Below are positions 59,946 through 64,000 of a DNA stretch of 64,000 bases, in pieces; the first letter of the stretch is position 1; the number at the start of each line of letters is the position of its first letter. The position numbers and the translations under genes are program-made. The notes below the pieces were generated by a model. The model was not told the DNA's origin. It was given only the letters and a program-made list of their open reading frames with translations, and searched no databases. Source of the stretch: Candidatus Kapaibacterium sp. (GTDB taxonomy: Bacteria > Bacteroidota > Ignavibacteria > Kapaibacteriales > UBA2268); assembly GCA_963664875.1 (NCBI GenBank), contig OY761611.1, forward strand, positions 2,048,001 through 2,112,000, read 5' to 3'.

Positions 59946-62333
59946 ATGAACAAAGTAAACATTACAACTGCAATCAATCCATTTGTGATTGATAAGACCG
60001 AAAAGCATTGGATATTGACCTCCAAATTTAGAAACTATTCAATCTCACCAGAAGAGATATTGGATTACATACAGAAAGGACATCCCATATGTAGTTGTAA
60101 ATTATTAGAAAATGATGAGGGTTTTTGTTATCGTGATAGTGATAATTTTGTGAGTGGACAAATTATTGGAGTGGATATTGACAATAAAATTGGAGACATA
60201 AAACTTTCGATTGCAGAAGGATACGTTAGTTATGAAGATGCTTTATCAGACCCGGTAGTTACATCAAAAGCCTCATTTTTATATACTACAAAATCATCAA
60301 CAGAAGAGCATAATAGATTCAGAATTATCTTTGTTTTAGAAGAGCCTATTGAAGATAAAGTTCAATATAAGACAATAATTAGTCACTTTGCAAATTATTT
60401 TAAGGGAGACAAAGTGGCAACAGCAGTTTGTCAAATATTTTATGGCTCAAAAAATTGCACTTCAAAAATTTTCGGAAATGTATTAACGACAGAAGACGTC
60501 AATGAGATTTTGGAAAAAGAGAAAGAAAAAATCTTATCTAAATCAAAGAGTAATAACAAAAATTATATTGCTTCTCATGATTCGAATTTCAAAAACAATA
60601 ATCTTGAAAAAAAGGATTTAGAAGAAATTATATCATACATTTTCAAAGATGGGCACACAGAAAATGATATTTGGTTTAAAACAATATCCATTCTTAAAAA
60701 CCACACAATTCTTTCCGATGAAGAAATTCGTACAATAGTTAGTAAGTATGTTGAATTGGGCGATATAGATAAAAAATTGGAATATGCAGAAAAATATAAA
60801 GATGTTGGCATAGGTTCTTTAATTTATTTTGCTCAGCAAAACGGCTATATAATTCCTAATCACATAAAAAATAAAAACTCTACATTTTGGATGATTGAGG
60901 AAGACAAAGACAAAAATAAAGTAACCATCAATTACACAGACCTAAACAATCATCTTTCTGCAAACGGATTCAGAAAATATAGAGATACATTTATTCATAT
61001 TGATAATATGATTATTGAAGAGGTAAAAAAAGAGGATATAAAGAAATATATATTTGAGTATATCCGCACTTATAATAGTATAACTCCTGCAGACAAAATA
61101 ATGATAGAGGAAAAGATTCGTAAGTCATCCAATACGTTATTCCCTGCAATTTTTTCAAACTTAGATTTTGTAAATGAAGAAGATATTCAAGTCAAATCTC
61201 AAGATACCTCTGATACGGTATTTAAATATTTTAAAAACGGAATTGTTCAGATAACTAAGCAAAGTGTGCTGCAACTACCTTACAATAGTTTAAATTATTA
61301 TGTTTGGAAAAATCAAATTATACAGAGAGACTATGTAGAATCAGATGATAAATTGTCAGAAATAGAACAATACATAACGGATGTATGTACTAACTCTCGT
61401 AATGGCATCTTTGAAGTACCTGATTCCGAACGTGTAACTTTACTCAAAAAAGCGATAGGGTATTTACTCACAGGATATAAAGACCCTGCACATTCTGTTG
61501 CAATTATTTTAACCGATGAAGAAATTTCAGACACTCCACAAGGAAGGACAGGTAAATCCTTATTAGGCAAGATGCTTATGCAAGTATCACAAGTAGCTGA
61601 TATAGATGGGAGAAGATTGAATCTCGATAATCAATTTTCATTTTCCAATGTTAGTCCATCCGACAAAATAATCTTTATAGATGATTGCAACAAAAAGTTC
61701 GATTTAACAAATTTATTTCATGTTATCACCGGAGGACTGACAGTAGAAAAGAAAGGTAGAGACAGCATTAAATTAGAATTCGATCAAACTCCAAAACTTC
61801 TACTGACTACAAATAATCTTATTAATCTTTCAGGAAGATCATCGACTGAACGTGTTGTCGAAATAGAATTTTCTGATTATTATGCGAATAAAACTCCTTT
61901 AGAAAAATTTGGACACCGTTTAATAACGGAATGGGATAATAAAGAATGGGCAAGATTCGATAATGCGTTAATACGGTATATTCAACTTTATCTACGTGAT
62001 GGGTTGAAACAAGAGAATAAAAACAATAGAAAACTAAAAACAATTTTGGAATCAATAGGACAAGCAATGTTTGAATTTATAGAAAATAATATTGAAATAA
62101 ACACAGCTTATCCAACCTCATCAGTTAAAGAAGCTTTTAAAGAACAAGAAGAATTAGAAGCTACAGAAATAATGAGTCAAACTGCATTTACTCAGTCTCT
62201 GCGAAAATATGCTGAACAGTATTTAGGATTCCAATTACTTACTGGTCATAAAAAGAAGAAAAAATGTTTTGTCATTACAGATAATAAAAATTCTAAATTT
62301 TCAGCTTTTGAAATAGCAGATGAATACAAATAA
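59946..62333 (+). CDS. Primase-helicase fusion (AEP-like primase + PriCT-like + P-loop helicase)
   Basis: GVDIDN, LYTTKS...RFRIIF primase-like motifs; YFKNG; GRTGKS Walker A, IFIDD Walker B, TTN. Confidence 0.78.
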   Translation: MNKVNITTAINPFVIDKTEKHWILTSKFRNYSISPEEILDYIQKGHPICSCKLLENDEGFCYRDSDNFVSGQIIGVDIDNKIGDIKLSIAEGYVSYEDALSDPVVTSKASFLYTTKSSTEEHNRFRIIFVLEEPIEDKVQYKTIISHFANYFKGDKVATAVCQIFYGSKNCTSKIFGNVLTTEDVNEILEKEKEKILSKSKSNNKNYIASHDSNFKNNNLEKKDLEEIISYIFKDGHTENDIWFKTISILKNHTILSDEEIRTIVSKYVELGDIDKKLEYAEKYKDVGIGSLIYFAQQNGYIIPNHIKNKNSTFWMIEEDKDKNKVTINYTDLNNHLSANGFRKYRDTFIHIDNMIIEEVKKEDIKKYIFEYIRTYNSITPADKIMIEEKIRKSSNTLFPAIFSNLDFVNEEDIQVKSQDTSDTVFKYFKNGIVQITKQSVLQLPYNSLNYYVWKNQIIQRDYVESDDKLSEIEQYITDVCTNSRNGIFEVPDSERVTLLKKAIGYLLTGYKDPAHSVAIILTDEEISDTPQGRTGKSLLGKMLMQVSQVADIDGRRLNLDNQFSFSNVSPSDKIIFIDDCNKKFDLTNLFHVITGGLTVEKKGRDSIKLEFDQTPKLLLTTNNLINLSGRSSTERVVEIEFSDYYANKTPLEKFGHRLITEWDNKEWARFDNALIRYIQLYLRDGLKQENKNNRKLKTILESIGQAMFEFIENNIEINTAYPTSSVKEAFKEQEELEATEIMSQTAFTQSLRKYAEQYLGFQLLTGHKKKKKCFVITDNKNSKFSAFEIADEYK

Positions 62334-62341
62334 TATTTTTA

Positions 62342-62375
62342 CAAACCCTCCTACACTCAACTTTAGGAGGGTTTT
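62342..62375 (+). terminator. Intrinsic terminator
   Basis: AAACCCTCCTA..TAGGAGGGTTTT. Confidence 0.78.
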
Positions 62376-62541
62376 CTATAACAAATCCAAATTTCTTACG
62401 TAAATCAATTATAAACGATTTTTTGTATCAAGAACACATAAGTGTACCAACCGAGCAAAAATGCCACGGTGGTAAAGTGATACGGCTTTTATAAGCAAAA
62501 ACCACTTCTTGGTACTCCATTTTAACATAGGAGTATTTTCC

Positions 62542-63144
62542 ATGCCATTAGCAAAACCAATACCCGGATTCTCAATTCCAACTCGGACAGAGAAAAAGTA
62601 TTACAGATATTACAACACGCGTTGCCTAATTCAATCTCGCTCAGCAGAATTCAAAGATTTCTACAAAAATCCGCAAGGCTCGAGATACCTTGCCGAAAAA
62701 ATGGGTTGGACAAAACTAAATAAGTTTATTGGAAGAAGAGAGGGATGGGACAATTTATTGATTCCAATTCCAAAGACTTATCTTGAACTTCTTGGACTAA
62801 GTAAGGAAGATATTGAATATACAATTTCCTTAGATCAAGAGTATTATGATGAAATCCTAAAGACTGAAACTACTTATAAAGAAAGTTATTTAGTCTTCCG
62901 ATGGGCGATAAGAACAATAAGATTTCCTCATCCTTTGACTGAAGAAGAAGCTATTGATTTCAGCAGACAGCAATTGCTGAAGGAAAAGGTTTATAAACAA
63001 GTGCTGATAAATAGGATGCCTTTATATCAGCTTTATGTTACAAGAGAAAAGACGTTTTATGATTACAACAGACCTGCTTTTGCTTATGATGGAAAGTGGT
63101 ATAAGTTTATTAGCACACAATTACCGGGATTGTCTTTGAAATAA
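62542..63144 (+). CDS. Hypothetical protein
   Basis: AGGAG before ATG 62542; TAATG coupling to the next ORF. Confidence 0.6.
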   Translation: MPLAKPIPGFSIPTRTEKKYYRYYNTRCLIQSRSAEFKDFYKNPQGSRYLAEKMGWTKLNKFIGRREGWDNLLIPIPKTYLELLGLSKEDIEYTISLDQEYYDEILKTETTYKESYLVFRWAIRTIRFPHPLTEEEAIDFSRQQLLKEKVYKQVLINRMPLYQLYVTREKTFYDYNRPAFAYDGKWYKFISTQLPGLSLK

Positions 63145-63611
63145 TGGAGAGAGATATGGCAAACGCATATTGGATTCTACCTAAGAATATAACTGAAGAG
63201 TCTGCTGTTATTGAAGTGAGAGCAAAACACATAGATACTGTAATTGATAATCCCAATCTTTTTGGTTTGACCTTGATGAACATCCGAAAGACTTATAAGA
63301 AGTATGACGAAAAAATTCGATTTGAAGGATTTGCAAGAGAAGAAATTGTAAAATCACTGATAATGAAAGGCTACATTCATATTCGCAAAAATTTAAAGAC
63401 TGATTGTTGGAGAATAACATCTACAGATTTCTTCAGCGGTCTAAATGAAGCGGAGCAAACTACACTCAGCAGATTAGCAGATTGGTACCTTGTTGTTTCA
63501 CAAGAGAGGGAGCATCGCCATTCTGATTTCGAAATAATAATAATTGAGGGTAATGGTAGAAGATATGGAAATCAAGAGTTTAGAAATTTGGTTTTAGGGA
63601 AAGTAAATTAA
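63144..63611 (+). CDS. Hypothetical protein
   Basis: 155-aa coupled ORF followed by hairpin ACAATCCTGCACT..AGTGCAGGATTGT at about 63668-63704. Confidence 0.6.
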   Translation: MERDMANAYWILPKNITEESAVIEVRAKHIDTVIDNPNLFGLTLMNIRKTYKKYDEKIRFEGFAREEIVKSLIMKGYIHIRKNLKTDCWRITSTDFFSGLNEAEQTTLSRLADWYLVVSQEREHRHSDFEIIIIEGNGRRYGNQEFRNLVLGKVN

Positions 63612-64000
63612 ATCAATTTTAGATATATAAAATAGTGATATAGATTGAAATTTCCCCTCAAACAACAACAATCCTGCACTCAAAAAAATGAAGTGCAGGA
63701 TTGTAATTAACCTACTATTTACGAAATTTTATATTTTCTATTTACATGAAAGAAAATATTTGATAATTTGAATCTAATATTTTATATTGCTATTATGTAG
63801 GACTTATTAACATTTTTATGAGAATCGCATATCAGAAAGAAAAATCAGAAAAATAACATATAACAGAAAATTTTAAATAAGAGTAATCTTAGATTCTTTG
63901 GGTCAGACAAAAACCGCAAATTTTTAAACAACCCCCAAGGATACTATAAGGACTCCACACGTGTGGATGTCTATATGTATCTATGAGTTGTGCCTTTTGC

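Overview
Low-GC bacterial chromosomal DNA. T9SS C-terminal domains, TAnnTTTG-type promoters and Bacteroidota-style Rhs cores suggest an FCB-group organism, possibly Ignavibacteria/Kapabacteria-like (inference). Housekeeping genes (M24 peptidase, TonB receptor, NtrC-type regulator, aat, transaldolase, aspS, ppa, hydF, tRNA-Phe) frame three accessory zones. (1) 28.2-45.6 kb, minus strand: a headless Rhs polymorphic-toxin library. It holds seven different toxin-tip/immunity pairs, each preceded by a near-identical Rhs-core repeat (14 copies in the window, including a satellite cluster at 8.3-9.9 kb). It is punctuated by a 184-bp palindrome-ended element that sits where a cassette would be; two copies of it carry the same ISAs1 at the same base in opposite orientations. 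The repeats carry shared frameshifting hairpin insertions, and a conserved boxA-like/palindromic motif follows the immunity genes. (2) Two inverted copies of a ~940-bp non-coding REP mosaic bracket 24 kb; one abuts the truncated rhs gene. (3) An integrated element at tRNA-Phe carries an excisionase-like HTH, a primase-helicase and a type I RM operon with a nested AbiF/ncRNA module and a nested ImmA-IrrE/DUF4411 pair. A second, gene-less copy of the abiF-type RNA with a covarying outer stem lies at 4.38 kb. All calls come from reading motifs by eye; no database searches were run.
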